NCBI GenBank assembly: GCA_047602405.1
Contig: JASGHJ010000001.1
Span: forward strand, 2,272,001-2,336,000
From: Anaeromyxobacteraceae bacterium
GTDB taxonomy: Bacteria > Myxococcota > Myxococcia > Myxococcales > Anaeromyxobacteraceae
DNA length: 64,000 nucleotides
Direction of reading: 5' to 3'
Each line of letters begins with the position of its first letter. Positions within the stretch are counted from its first letter, which is position 1. The translations under genes and the position numbers were made by a program. This document shows positions 50,772 to 61,457 of this stretch, piece after piece. Under the pieces are notes generated by a model that was not told the DNA's origin, searched no databases, and saw only the letters and a list, made by a program, of their open reading frames with translations.

Positions 50772-52287
50772 GCTGGTTCGCGTACGCACCGCCGCCGTGC
50801 TCGGCATCTCCGCCGTCCCGGTCGACGTCGAGGTGGAGGCCGTCTTCGGGATGCCGAAGACGACCCTCGTCGGCCTCGTGGGGAAGGCCGTCCAGGAGGC
50901 GTGGATCCGCGTGCTCGCGGCGCTGCGCAACCTCGAGGTCGAGGTCCCCTCACACCGCTACACCATCAACCTCGCGCCCGCCGACCTCCGCAAGGACGGC
51001 ACCGGCTTCGACCTCCCCATCGCCGTCGCGCTCCTCGCCGCGCTCGAGAAGCTCCCCCACGACTTCCTGGAGGGGCTGCACGTCATCGGCGAGCTCGGCC
51101 TCTCCGGCGAGGTGCGGGCGGTGCGGGGCGTCCTGCCGGTCGCCATCGAGGCGCGCCGCGCCCGGGCGCGGATGCTGGTCGTGCCGGAGGGCAACGCGCG
51201 GGAGGCGCTCGTGGTCTCCGGGCTCGACGTGCGCCCGGTGCGCCACATCGGCGAGCTCGTCGCCTGGGCGAACGGCCTCGCGCCGCTGGCGCCGCCGCGG
51301 CTCCTCCCGGGGCACGTGGAGGAGGGGCTGCCCGGGCTCGATCTCGCGGACGTCATCGGCCAGGAGCACGCGAAGCGCGCGCTCGAGGTCTCGGCCGCCG
51401 GCGGGCACGCCATCCTCTTCTTCGGCCCGCCCGGCAGCGGGAAGACCATGCTCGCGCGCCGGCTGCCGGGGCTGCTCCCGCCGATGTCGTTCGACGAGGC
51501 GCTCGAGTCCACCGTGGTGCACAGCGTGGCGGGGCTCCTGCGCGGGCGCGGGCTCCTCGAGGAGCGGCCGTTCCGCGCGCCGCACCACTCCATCAGCGAC
51601 GCCGGCCTCGTCGGCGGGACCGGCGTGCCTCGCCCCGGTGAGCTCTCGCTCGCGCACCGGGGCGTGCTGTTCCTGGACGAGCTGCCCGAGTTCCGCCGGC
51701 ACGTGCTCGAGTGCCTGCGCCAGCCGCTCGAGGACGGGGAGATCACGCTCGCCCGGGCGGGCCGGACCATCACCTACCCCACCGAGGTCCTGCTCGTCGC
51801 CGCGATGAATCCGTGCCCGTGCGGCCACCTCGGCGACCGCAAGCGCTCCTGCCGTTGCACCGCGCACGAGCTCATCGCCTATCGGCGGCGCATCTCCGGT
51901 CCGCTCCTCGATCGCATCGACCTCCACGTGGACGTCCCGGCCCTCCCGGCCCCGGCGCTCGGCACCCCGGCCCAAGGCACCGGCTCCCAGGAGGTCCGCG
52001 CCCGCGTGCTGCGCGCCCGCGCGGTGCAGGGCGAGCGGGTGCGGGCGCCGGGCGCCTGCAACGCGCGCCTGCGCGGCGTGACGCTCCGGAAGTTCTGCGC
52101 GCTCGACGACGCCGGGCGGCACCTCCTCCAGACCGCCGTCGAGAAGCTCGGCCTCTCCGCGCGGGCTCACGACAAGGTCCTGCGCATCGCGCGGACGCTC
52201 GCCGACCTCGAGGGCGCGGACGCGGTGCGGACGGTCCACGTCGCAGAGGCCATCCAGTACCGGGCACTCGACCGGCCCCAGCTGTGA
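50770..52287 (+). CDS. comM: YifB/ComM Mg-chelatase-like AAA+ ATPase
   Basis: [42 protein letters not shown]. Confidence 0.92.
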   Translation: MLVRVRTAAVLGISAVPVDVEVEAVFGMPKTTLVGLVGKAVQEAWIRVLAALRNLEVEVPSHRYTINLAPADLRKDGTGFDLPIAVALLAALEKLPHDFLEGLHVIGELGLSGEVRAVRGVLPVAIEARRARARMLVVPEGNAREALVVSGLDVRPVRHIGELVAWANGLAPLAPPRLLPGHVEEGLPGLDLADVIGQEHAKRALEVSAAGGHAILFFGPPGSGKTMLARRLPGLLPPMSFDEALESTVVHSVAGLLRGRGLLEERPFRAPHHSISDAGLVGGTGVPRPGELSLAHRGVLFLDELPEFRRHVLECLRQPLEDGEITLARAGRTITYPTEVLLVAAMNPCPCGHLGDRKRSCRCTAHELIAYRRRISGPLLDRIDLHVDVPALPAPALGTPAQGTGSQEVRARVLRARAVQGERVRAPGACNARLRGVTLRKFCALDDAGRHLLQTAVEKLGLSARAHDKVLRIARTLADLEGADAVRTVHVAEAIQYRALDRPQL

Positions 52288-52364
52288 GGCCGAGGCCGCC
52301 ATCCATCCGGACCGACGTCCACCGCCGTGCAACCCCAAACCGCTGCGAGAGAGGTGAAGCCGTG

Positions 52365-53468
<1,104 letters not shown>

Positions 53469-53481
53469 GGTTGGATGGCGG

Positions 53482-53511
53482 GGTGGGGCCATTTGCATCC
53501 GTGGCCCCACC
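53482..53511 (+). terminator. Hairpin after recA
   Basis: GGTGGGGCCA / TGGCCCCACC stem; no U-tract. Confidence 0.4.
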
Positions 53512-53528
53512 TCAGGTGAAATCGAGCC

Positions 53529-53798
53529 ATGGCCACCGTACGCACGACGATGACGTCCCGAGGGCGGGTCTCCATCCCGGCCGAGGTGCAGCGCTGGCTC
53601 CGCGTCGGACCGGGCTCGGAGCTTCGCTGGGAACCCAGGGACGACGGCGTGCTGGTGAGCCGGGTAGGCCGGTACTCGTTCGAGGACCTGCATGCGGCGC
53701 TCTTTCCGCACGGAGCCGGCCGCCCGCGGAGCCTGAGGGCGTTGAAGGCGGGCGTCGCGGCGGCAGTGAAGAAGCGGCACGGGCGCAGCCGAGGTTGA
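53529..53798 (+). CDS. AbrB/MazE family DNA-binding protein (orphan antitoxin)
   Basis: TMTSRGRVSIPAEVQRWLRVGPGSELRW. Confidence 0.82.
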   Translation: MATVRTTMTSRGRVSIPAEVQRWLRVGPGSELRWEPRDDGVLVSRVGRYSFEDLHAALFPHGAGRPRSLRALKAGVAAAVKKRHGRSRG

Positions 53799-53935
53799 TG
53801 CACCCGGGAGGGCCACCCGCGCGGATGGGAGCTCCCGTGCGCAGACGTCTGCGTCGAGGCGCAGCGCACGTCGGCGTTGCGGGCTCCTCGATTCGGCTCG
53901 CGTCGAACGTCGAGGACCGGCCGCCATCTCCGGAG

Positions 53936-55400
53936 CTCAAGATCCCACACAAGTTGCGCCGTGGTTCCCGGCGTGATCCAAGCGTGGGATGGCACGTTCA
54001 GTCCCTGACGTCGCGGAGGAGTTCGCCGGCGCGGCCCTGGGCGACGCGAGGCTCACTCGGCGCCTTCTGAGATTCGCGAGCTGCCTGGCCGTCGCGCCGG
54101 CCGAGAGCTTTCCGAAGGCAGCCAGCTCGGACGGAGAGCTCGAGGGCGTCTACCGGTTCCTCGGCAACAGCCGAGTGACACCCAAGGCCATCCTCATGCC
54201 GCACCTCGAGAGGACGGTCGAGCGGATCGGCGGGAGGTCACCGCTCGTCGTGGAGGACACGACGGAGCTGGGCTTCGGTGGCTTGAGCCTGCGCGAGGGC
54301 CTGGGACGCATCCGCAAGACCGGCGAGAAGCAGGGGTTCTTCGCGCACGTCGCGATGGCGGTCGCGGCCGACGGCTCCCGGGAACCGCAGGGGATCGTGG
54401 GCCTGCACACCTTTGTGCGCGGGCCCAAGAAGACATACGCGGGGCGCCGGAAGACCAAGACTCGCCACGAGCGGTCACGTTGGGCCGAGCTCGCGCTCGA
54501 GGTCGAGGCGCGCCTGCCGCATCCCATCCACGTCATGGATCGCGAGGCGGACTCCTACGAGACCATCGACACGCTCGCCCAGGCGGGCGCCCGGTTCGTG
54601 ATCCGGATCTGCCACGACAGGCTTCTCACCGACGCAGACGAGAAGCTCTTCGCGGCAGCCGACCGCGGGGAGGTGTTCGCTCTACGCACAGTGCCCCTTT
54701 CCCGACGTCGCAGGCTCACCACCGCAGCGCAGCGAAAGATCTACCCGCCGCGGGACGAGCGCGCTGCGCAGCTACGCATCCGAGCGGCCCCCGTGGAAAT
54801 CAGGCGGCCCAAGCTGTCGCGCCTCGCTTCGCACAGCGCCAGCCTTCGCGTGAACGTCGTGACGGTCGAGGAGTGCGATGTGCCGAAGGGCGTCGAGCCG
54901 GTCTCCTGGCGGCTCTTCACGACGGAGCCTATCGACACGACCGAGCAGGTCGAGGCCGTCGTCGATCACTACCGGGCCCGCTGGACCATCGAGGAGTACT
55001 TCAAGGCGCTCAAGACCGGCTGCGCGGTCGAGCGACGGCAGCTCGAGTCCTACCGGAGCCTCGTGAACGCGCTCGCGGTCTTCGCCGTCATTGCCTGGCG
55101 GATCCTGCTGCTTCGTACCGTCGCGCGGGTGCGCCCTGAAGCGCCCGCGACCGACGTGCTGGACGAGCAGCAGGTGACCGTGCTCCGAGGCGTGGCGAAG
55201 CTCGCCGATCCGCGCTTGCCGAAGCTCGACATCCCAACGAGGCCGACGGCCCACGACGCTCTGAAGGCCGTTGCGCAGCTCGGCGGTCACATCCCCAACA
55301 ACGGACCACCAGGCTGGCAGGTCCTCAACAAAGGATACGAATCACTGCTGCTCCTCCAATACGGCTGGCGAGCCGGGCGGGAAATGTGATCGATGATGAG
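53936..55400 (+). mobile_element. IS4 family (IS50/Tn5-like) insertion sequence
   Basis: Imperfect terminal IRs CTCAAGATCCCACACA / TGTGATCGATGATGAG; 8-bp direct repeat CTCCGGAG at 53928-53935 and 55401-55408. Confidence 0.85.
53989..55389 (+). CDS. IS4 family transposase
   Basis: LGDARL, EDTT, DREAD, Y.ARW.IEEYFKALK (YREK), LGG..PGW. Confidence 0.93.
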   Translation: MARSVPDVAEEFAGAALGDARLTRRLLRFASCLAVAPAESFPKAASSDGELEGVYRFLGNSRVTPKAILMPHLERTVERIGGRSPLVVEDTTELGFGGLSLREGLGRIRKTGEKQGFFAHVAMAVAADGSREPQGIVGLHTFVRGPKKTYAGRRKTKTRHERSRWAELALEVEARLPHPIHVMDREADSYETIDTLAQAGARFVIRICHDRLLTDADEKLFAAADRGEVFALRTVPLSRRRRLTTAAQRKIYPPRDERAAQLRIRAAPVEIRRPKLSRLASHSASLRVNVVTVEECDVPKGVEPVSWRLFTTEPIDTTEQVEAVVDHYRARWTIEEYFKALKTGCAVERRQLESYRSLVNALAVFAVIAWRILLLRTVARVRPEAPATDVLDEQQVTVLRGVAKLADPRLPKLDIPTRPTAHDALKAVAQLGGHIPNNGPPGWQVLNKGYESLLLLQYGWRAGREM

Positions 55401-55426
55401 CTCCGGAGACGGCTCTCCCGGGTGCC

Positions 55427-55450
55427 GTCACAACGTCCGGACGTTGTGAC
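55427..55450. promoter_or_regulatory. Perfect 24-bp palindrome
   Basis: GTCACAACGTCCGGACGTTGTGAC; function unknown. Confidence 0.45.
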
Positions 55451-55610
55451 CCGCGGTGTGAGGGTGTCTGCTGCGCCGCTGGCAGCCCTGGCGGACCGGC
55501 TCGCTGCAAACCTGCCGTCCGGGAAGGTTCCAGGGTTCACGCACGGTTGCGTCCCATCTCGCACGCGCGCACCATCGCTCGCGGTGAAGCTCCTGCCCCG
55601 GGGAACCGCG

Positions 55611-56816
55611 ATGACCCGCACCACGCTCGCGCTGCTCTTGTCGCTCCTCGCCTTGTCCGCCTGCGACGACTGGATCACCGTGCCCTCGCCGAGGAACGGC
55701 GCCACTCACGTCCCGCTCGACGCGGAGGTCGTGGTCCCGCTCCCCGGCGACTTCGAGCCCGCAAGCCTCGCCACGATGCAGGTCTCGTTCACCTGCCGCG
55801 ACGCCTACGGAGCGTTCGAGGTCGGCTTCACGGCGACCCACGACGCCGCGGGGAGGCGGCTCGTGCTCCGGCCCACGAGCGTCCTGAAGCGGGGGCTCGT
55901 GCACGACGTCCGCGTGTCCGGCCTCGTCGCCGGCGGCGAGCCGTTCACGTACCGGGTGTCGTTCACGACCCTGCGCAACCCGCAGGTACTCTACGAGAAC
56001 CAGTGGTTCGGGGCAGGTCTCCAGCGGAGGGAGCGCGAGGTCGACGAGGAGGGCCGGGCCTTCAAGGTGACCTCCTGGTACTCCTACGACCTGGACGGGT
56101 ACATGTGGGTCGAGGACATCTCGTGGGACGCTGCAGGCCGTGTCGCGCGGACGTTTGCGCACGGTGACGGGTACTCGCAGCGCCAGATCACCTCCTACGA
56201 CGCCGACGGCTTCCCGACGGAATGCGTGACCTTCTGCGGGAACTGGGAGACGTCGTGCGGGCCGGGCGGGGTCTACGAGCGTACACGCTGGACGCGGGAC
56301 GCCCAGGGCCGCATCGACGCGGCCCTGCGCGTGATGGCGGGGCCTGACGGGGCGATGGACACGCCCGACGACGCCTGGATGACGGGGAGCAGCCTCCAGG
56401 ACTACTACGACGACTCCTCGATCGGGCAGACGTTCTACGGCTACGCTGAGGACGGCACGCTCGTGCGTGTGACCCAGGTGATCAACCCGGGGCCGGACGG
56501 CGCCTTCCTGACCGAGGACGACGTGAGCGTCGCCGTATTCTACGAGGACGGCGTCCAGAGGATGGTCGTCCCGGGCGCGGACGGCCACTACGGCACCACG
56601 GATGACTGGGTGCTCTGGCGCGAGACGATAACGTTCAACCCCGACGGCACCGTCGCGAGCGAGACCAGCGACCCGCCGAGCCACATCACCTTCACCTACG
56701 ACGGCCACGGCGCCCGGGTGGAGGCGGTGAACCGGTGGTCGGCGGGACCCGACGGCATCTGGGACACGAACGACGACGAGATCGCGGAGCGCTGGACGTA
56801 CCTGACGGATCGGTGA
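55611..56816 (+). CDS. Lipoprotein with Ig-like (Big_5-type) domain and YD-like/GPDG repeats
   Basis: LSAC lipobox; PSPRNGATHVP..SFTT Ig domain; four G(P/A)DGxxxTxDD motifs. Confidence 0.75.
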   Translation: MTRTTLALLLSLLALSACDDWITVPSPRNGATHVPLDAEVVVPLPGDFEPASLATMQVSFTCRDAYGAFEVGFTATHDAAGRRLVLRPTSVLKRGLVHDVRVSGLVAGGEPFTYRVSFTTLRNPQVLYENQWFGAGLQRREREVDEEGRAFKVTSWYSYDLDGYMWVEDISWDAAGRVARTFAHGDGYSQRQITSYDADGFPTECVTFCGNWETSCGPGGVYERTRWTRDAQGRIDAALRVMAGPDGAMDTPDDAWMTGSSLQDYYDDSSIGQTFYGYAEDGTLVRVTQVINPGPDGAFLTEDDVSVAVFYEDGVQRMVVPGADGHYGTTDDWVLWRETITFNPDGTVASETSDPPSHITFTYDGHGARVEAVNRWSAGPDGIWDTNDDEIAERWTYLTDR

Positions 56817-56961
56817 GGCGCGGCCCATCAGCGTACACCGACTCCCATGGTCCGTCGCCGGGGTCTACTGATCGCGATCGCGCTGACGATAGGTCTGCGA
56901 CGCGGTGGTGGTGCGGCGCGTCGGGCTACAATCGAGGTGCTGGCCAACGTTCGGAGGGGAC

Positions 56962-57474
56962 ATGCGCCGCAGGATCGTGCTCGCGTCGGTCGTGGCGCTC
57001 GTGGTCGGATCGGGGTGTCGAAAAGAGGCGCTGGACCGCGTGGAGCGCAGCGGCGAGCCCGACTTCATGCTCGCGCGCAGCCACGACGTCGACATGGAGG
57101 CCGCCATGCGCCGGGCGCGCGAGACGCTCTCCGAGCTCTCGAGCGCCCTTGCGGACGGCAGGCATCCGAGGTCGGACTTCGCGATCAAGAAGGCCTTCTC
57201 CGACGGGAAGCGTCAGGAGTACATCTGGCTCATCGACCCGGTCGAAGCCAGCGACGGCTTCCACGCCACCGTCGACAACGCGCCGGTGTGGGTCAAGGAC
57301 GTGAAGGCGGGGACCCGGATGCTCGTGCGGCGAGAGGACGTCGCCGACTGGATGTTCGTGGAGGACGGCGTGCTCCACGGCGGCTTCACCATCCGCGTGC
57401 TCTTCCGCCGGGAGACGCCCGAGCGGAAGCTCGAGCTGGAGCGGACGTTCGGCTTCAAGGTGCCTCCGCCCTGA
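56962..57474 (+). CDS. DUF2314/YegJ-like lipoprotein
   Basis: GSGC lipobox; DMEAAMRRARETL, EYIW, VADWM, GGFT; GGAGG RBS. Confidence 0.82.
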   Translation: MRRRIVLASVVALVVGSGCRKEALDRVERSGEPDFMLARSHDVDMEAAMRRARETLSELSSALADGRHPRSDFAIKKAFSDGKRQEYIWLIDPVEASDGFHATVDNAPVWVKDVKAGTRMLVRREDVADWMFVEDGVLHGGFTIRVLFRRETPERKLELERTFGFKVPPP

Positions 57475-57511
57475 TCTCCGGGCGTGGGCGCGAAGCCACG
57501 TCGGCCCGAAA

Positions 57512-57605
57512 CGCCGAAGGGGCCTGCCTCGTGGGCGGGCCCCTCCGGTGTCGTCCACCCGTTTCGTGGACAAGAGGCAGGCTCGGCGAGCCTCGCTCGC
57601 CGAGC
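57512..57605. terminator. Hairpins between convergent genes
   Basis: CGCCGAAGGGGCCTGCC/GGCGGGCCCCTCCGGTG and perfect GCTCGGCGAGC-CTC-GCTCGCCGAGC stems. Confidence 0.5.
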
Positions 57606-57607
57606 GC

Positions 57608-60600
57608 TTACTGGAAGAAGTACCTCAGCGTCAGGTGCGTCACCCACTTCGAGCCGTTCGCGAGCGCGGACGTCTCGTAGCCGCCGATGTTGTACGGGTG
57701 GCCCCAGTGGAGCCGGAGGATCAGCGGGCCGAACAGCATGTTGAAGCCGAGCACGCCGGTCAGGGTGCGGGCGTCCCAGGCGCCGCGCTCGATGATCTGG
57801 CCGTTCGTCGGGCCGCCGGAGGTGTCGACGATGCTGCCGTCGAACCGGTCGAACACGCCGCCGAAGTCGAGCGCGGCGACGCCCTCCACGTAGTCGAAGA
57901 TGAAGAACCGGATGAGCGGGTCGAGCGGGATCTGCAGCTCGGCGTTCGCGACGTAGTAGTTCCGGCCGATGAGGTTGCCGTACTCGCCGGGGTAGAAGCC
58001 GCGGAGGTTGTCGGCGGCGGTCAGCCAGTAGTTGCGCTCCCACACGCGGTCGGCGCCGCCGGGCGAGAACGAGGTGCCGGCGGCCGCGCGGAGCATGAAG
58101 TTCGCGCGGGTGCCGAGCTGGAAGTAGCGCTCGAGGTCGGTGCGGGCGAAGCCGGTGATGGCGCTGCGGCCGGGCAGGTACGCCGCGCCGATCTCGAGGG
58201 TCGCCGACGAGCCCGAGACCGGGCCGGTGGCCGGGTCGTAGCGGGTGGTGTCGTAGCCGAACCGGACGACCGGCGAGAGCTGCATGTTCGTGCCGGCGTT
58301 CCGGTCCTTCCAGCCCTGCTCGGTGTTGTAGGGCGGGCGCGCGAGCCCGGAGGCGTTGCACGGCAGTGTGAGCTCGGCCGAGTTGAAGTCGGTGAGGCAG
58401 TAGCGCTGCACGCCGCTCGCGGTGAGCTCGAGCTCGACGCGCCGGAAGCGATCGAGCGGGTAGCGGATCGCCCCGACGAGGCCGAAGTCGCGCTGGTAGT
58501 AGACGAGGTTCGGGTCGAGCGAGTCGAGGTTCTGCTGCACGAAGTGGAACCCACCGAGCACGAGGCCGTAGCGGTGCGAGCGGTTCTCGTACAGGAAGAG
58601 GCCCTGCGTGTAGTCGAAGGAGCCGTACACCGCGAGGTCGACGTAGAGCTGGTTGTCGCGCAAGAGGTCGCTGAACAGCACCGCCGCGCGCCCGGCCACC
58701 GTGTTGCCGGCGCCGCCGCCGAAGACGTAGCCGCCCTCGGGCCGCCAGTTCTTCATCGCGAACGCCTGGTAGTCCTTCGGCTGCTCGGGCCACTCGGCGC
58801 GCGGGATCTCGAGCGGCGGGCCGGCCGCGGGGCCGACCGCGACGGGCTGGGACTCCTGCCAGGCGCTCTTCGGCACCTCCACGAGGCGGAAGCGGCCCGA
58901 GTTGAAGGTCGTCGCGAAGATGCCGCGCGCCTTCGGGGCGGGGGCCGGACTCGAGAGGCCGGTCGTGAAGTCGGTGACCCGGCGGATCTGCGCGTCCTTG
59001 ATCAGGTAGAGGTCGACCTTGCCGTCGGAGTCGGACGCGTACAGCACCGAGCCGTCGGCCTGCGCGTAGGGGTGCCGGTCGTTGTGCGGGGCGGTGGTGA
59101 GCCGCACCTTCTCACCGGTGCCCGCGTCGATGCGGAAGAGGTTGAGGAGGCCGTGGTCGGTCGCGTCGGAGGCGACGTAGATGCCGTCCGGGCCCCAGTG
59201 CAGGTCGCGCTCGACGTAGGGGTCGTTCGTGAGCCGGCGCGCCTCGCCGCCCTCGATGCTCGCCACCCAGACGTCGGACTGCGCGTCGCCGGCCACGAGC
59301 GCCGAGAACGCGATGTGGCTGCCGTCGGCCGAGAAGGCGGGGTCGGCGATCTGGATGAACTTGCGGTTGCCGGAGGCGGTGATCGCGAGCTTGCGGGTCT
59401 TGCCGAGGTCGATGGAGGGCGGCTTCCCCTCCTTGGCGTTCACGCGGTACCTGCGGACGTAGAGGCTGTCGCCCTGGCCGTCCTGCGCGGAGAACGCGAG
59501 GATGCCCGGGCCCACGGTGCCGACCGCGAACTCGATGGGGTGGAGCGACTCGGTGCCGGGCTTCGAGTCGGAGGCGACCTCCTGCGCCGAGCGCGGGTTG
59601 CGCACGTCGAACAGGTAGAGCCGCGCGCGCCCCTTCTCGCGGTCGATGCCGCGCATGAGGATGAGCTGCCCGTCGGCGGAGGCGGTGAAGTCCTCCGGCT
59701 CCGCCGGCAGGTTCCGCAGCTCCTTCATCTGCGAGAGATCCTGCTTCGTCTTCAGGTACTGCGAGTAGTAGCGGCGCTTCAGCCAGGTCTTCCAGCGGGC
59801 CTCGACCTGCTCGAGCGGCTCGTCGAGCACGCGGCGCACGAGCGCGCCGAAGCTGCGGCCGCCCGGAGGCGCGCCGGCGCCGTCGCCGAGCAGGTACGCG
59901 TTCTCGATGAGGCCCTGGATCTTGTCGCGGCCGTACTCCTCGGCGATGAAGGCGACCCGCGCCTGGCCGAGCTTGTAGGTGGGGATGTACCCGCGGGCGC
60001 GATCCTCGGCGAAGGGGATCATTATGTACCCCTCGCTCGGATCCGGGTTCCAGACGAGGTCGCGCAGGTAGCCCTCGGTCTCGGTGTCGAGCCCGCCCTT
60101 CGTGTAGTACTCGGCGATGCCCTCGGTGAACCAGAGCGGCAGGACGTTCGCGAGCGAGCCGAGGTCCTCGGCCTCCGACGCGTCGTTCAGCTTCTGGATC
60201 ATGAACTGGTGCACCATCTCGTGGGTCGAGACCTCGATGAACTTGGAGTGATCCCCGAAGTAGGGGACCAGCATCCGGAGGTCGGACTGGTTCGAGGTGA
60301 CGCCGAGGGTGGACTCGCCGATCTGGAAGATGTTGGTGGCCTGGAACTCGCGCTGGGTCGCGTAGAGGAAGTAGGGGATGCGCTTCGTCGGCTGGTAGGC
60401 GAACTGGTCGACGAGGCGCGCGTACGCGCTCTGGATCGCGGGGAGCGCGCGCTGGGCCTGGGCGAGCGCGCTCTTGTAGTAGTAGAGCCGGATGCCGCCG
60501 CGGCCGCCGCCGGGCGCCGGCACGTCGACGTACTCCCACTCGAAGTCGTACCAGGCGACCTTGTTCTGGCCGGGCCGCTCGGGGAGGACGTACGCCTGAC

Positions 60601-60754
60601 GGAAGCCCCGCTCCGCCTCGCGGCGCTCCGCCTCCTCGCGGAGCCGGTCCATCCTGCGCAAGGAGTCGCCGATCGAGGGAGAGGAGAGGTTGAGGCCCTG
60701 GGCCGAGCCAGCGACCGGCGCGAGCGCGAGGGCGAGGAGGGCCAGTTTTCTCAT
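57608..60754 (-). CDS. Omp85-family protein: metallopeptidase + PD40 propeller + beta-barrel
   Basis: Signal peptide; THEMVH..WFTEGIAEY; PAFSADGSHIAF PD40 repeats; NLRGF barrel motif; ends LRYFFQ. Confidence 0.82.
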   Translation of the reverse strand: MRKLALLALALAPVAGSAQGLNLSSPSIGDSLRRMDRLREEAERREAERGFRQAYVLPERPGQNKVAWYDFEWEYVDVPAPGGGRGGIRLYYYKSALAQAQRALPAIQSAYARLVDQFAYQPTKRIPYFLYATQREFQATNIFQIGESTLGVTSNQSDLRMLVPYFGDHSKFIEVSTHEMVHQFMIQKLNDASEAEDLGSLANVLPLWFTEGIAEYYTKGGLDTETEGYLRDLVWNPDPSEGYIMIPFAEDRARGYIPTYKLGQARVAFIAEEYGRDKIQGLIENAYLLGDGAGAPPGGRSFGALVRRVLDEPLEQVEARWKTWLKRRYYSQYLKTKQDLSQMKELRNLPAEPEDFTASADGQLILMRGIDREKGRARLYLFDVRNPRSAQEVASDSKPGTESLHPIEFAVGTVGPGILAFSAQDGQGDSLYVRRYRVNAKEGKPPSIDLGKTRKLAITASGNRKFIQIADPAFSADGSHIAFSALVAGDAQSDVWVASIEGGEARRLTNDPYVERDLHWGPDGIYVASDATDHGLLNLFRIDAGTGEKVRLTTAPHNDRHPYAQADGSVLYASDSDGKVDLYLIKDAQIRRVTDFTTGLSSPAPAPKARGIFATTFNSGRFRLVEVPKSAWQESQPVAVGPAAGPPLEIPRAEWPEQPKDYQAFAMKNWRPEGGYVFGGGAGNTVAGRAAVLFSDLLRDNQLYVDLAVYGSFDYTQGLFLYENRSHRYGLVLGGFHFVQQNLDSLDPNLVYYQRDFGLVGAIRYPLDRFRRVELELTASGVQRYCLTDFNSAELTLPCNASGLARPPYNTEQGWKDRNAGTNMQLSPVVRFGYDTTRYDPATGPVSGSSATLEIGAAYLPGRSAITGFARTDLERYFQLGTRANFMLRAAAGTSFSPGGADRVWERNYWLTAADNLRGFYPGEYGNLIGRNYYVANAELQIPLDPLIRFFIFDYVEGVAALDFGGVFDRFDGSIVDTSGGPTNGQIIERGAWDARTLTGVLGFNMLFGPLILRLHWGHPYNIGGYETSALANGSKWVTHLTLRYFFQ

Positions 60755-60855
60755 GCAGTGAGCGTACGTAGGGGACTCCAGGGGAGCGAGCAACCGAAAG
60801 GATACCCTGTGCAGCGGACGGTCCGTCGAGCGCAGCGAACGGCGCTCCGTGCCGG

Positions 60856-61320
60856 TCAGGGCTCCTCGCGGATCCCGTGACGCACACCGCCTACCTCGAG
60901 GACCCACCCCGTCCCTGCAGGGTCCTCCTCCAGTCTCAGCCCGAGGGCGATCTGCGCACCGCGGGAGAAGCGCGCACGCTCCCCCTCGCCGAGTTCACAC
61001 CTGAGGACCCCGTCACGGGCCACCGTGAGCGTGGCGAGGTCGAGCGGTTCCTCGCGCCCGCCCGCGAGCCGCACCGACGGACGCGCCCCGTCGAGGTCGA
61101 CGGCCTGCACGATCCAGGGCGTCTCGCCGACCGCGACGTACGCCTGCTCCCGCCCGATCGCGATCCGCCAGCGCCCCGCCGCGTCCCGCGCGAGCGACCC
61201 CCACAGGACGGAGAGCGTTCTCGCGTGGGTGATGGGCTCGCCGTGGTGGAGGAACCGCCCCTCCTCGTCGATGGCGAGCCCGCTGTGGGACCGGAGGAGC
61301 TCGAGGGCGGCCTCGTCCAT
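60856..61320 (-). CDS. DUF1285-like protein
   Basis: IDEEGRFLHHGEPITH..L, V.VGETPWIV. Confidence 0.7.
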   Translation of the reverse strand: MDEAALELLRSHSGLAIDEEGRFLHHGEPITHARTLSVLWGSLARDAAGRWRIAIGREQAYVAVGETPWIVQAVDLDGARPSVRLAGGREEPLDLATLTVARDGVLRCELGEGERARFSRGAQIALGLRLEEDPAGTGWVLEVGGVRHGIREEP

Positions 61321-61333
61321 GGCTTGATCCTAA

Positions 61334-61418
61334 CCCGTTCATCCCGAGCGTACCTCGACTCCGGCCCCTGCTGACGCAGGGGCCTACGCTCGGTATGGGC
61401 GGACGAAGTCGAGGGACG
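61334..61418 (+). repeat. Nested family A palindromic element (left inverted repeat)
   Basis: Outer CCGTTCATCCCGAGCG...CGAAGTCGAGGGACG encloses an inverted inner copy. Confidence 0.8.
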
Positions 61419-61457
61419 TTGCGCCCCCGCGGAGGGCAGGGTACGACCACCGCGCCG

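Noticed and set aside
55386..55610. N-terminal extension of the lipoprotein ORF
   Set aside because: Overlaps the IS end and palindromes; the signal peptide starts at ATG 55611
53529..57474. Integron cassette array
   Set aside because: No integrase and no convincing repeated attC (RYYYAAC...GTTRRRY) sites
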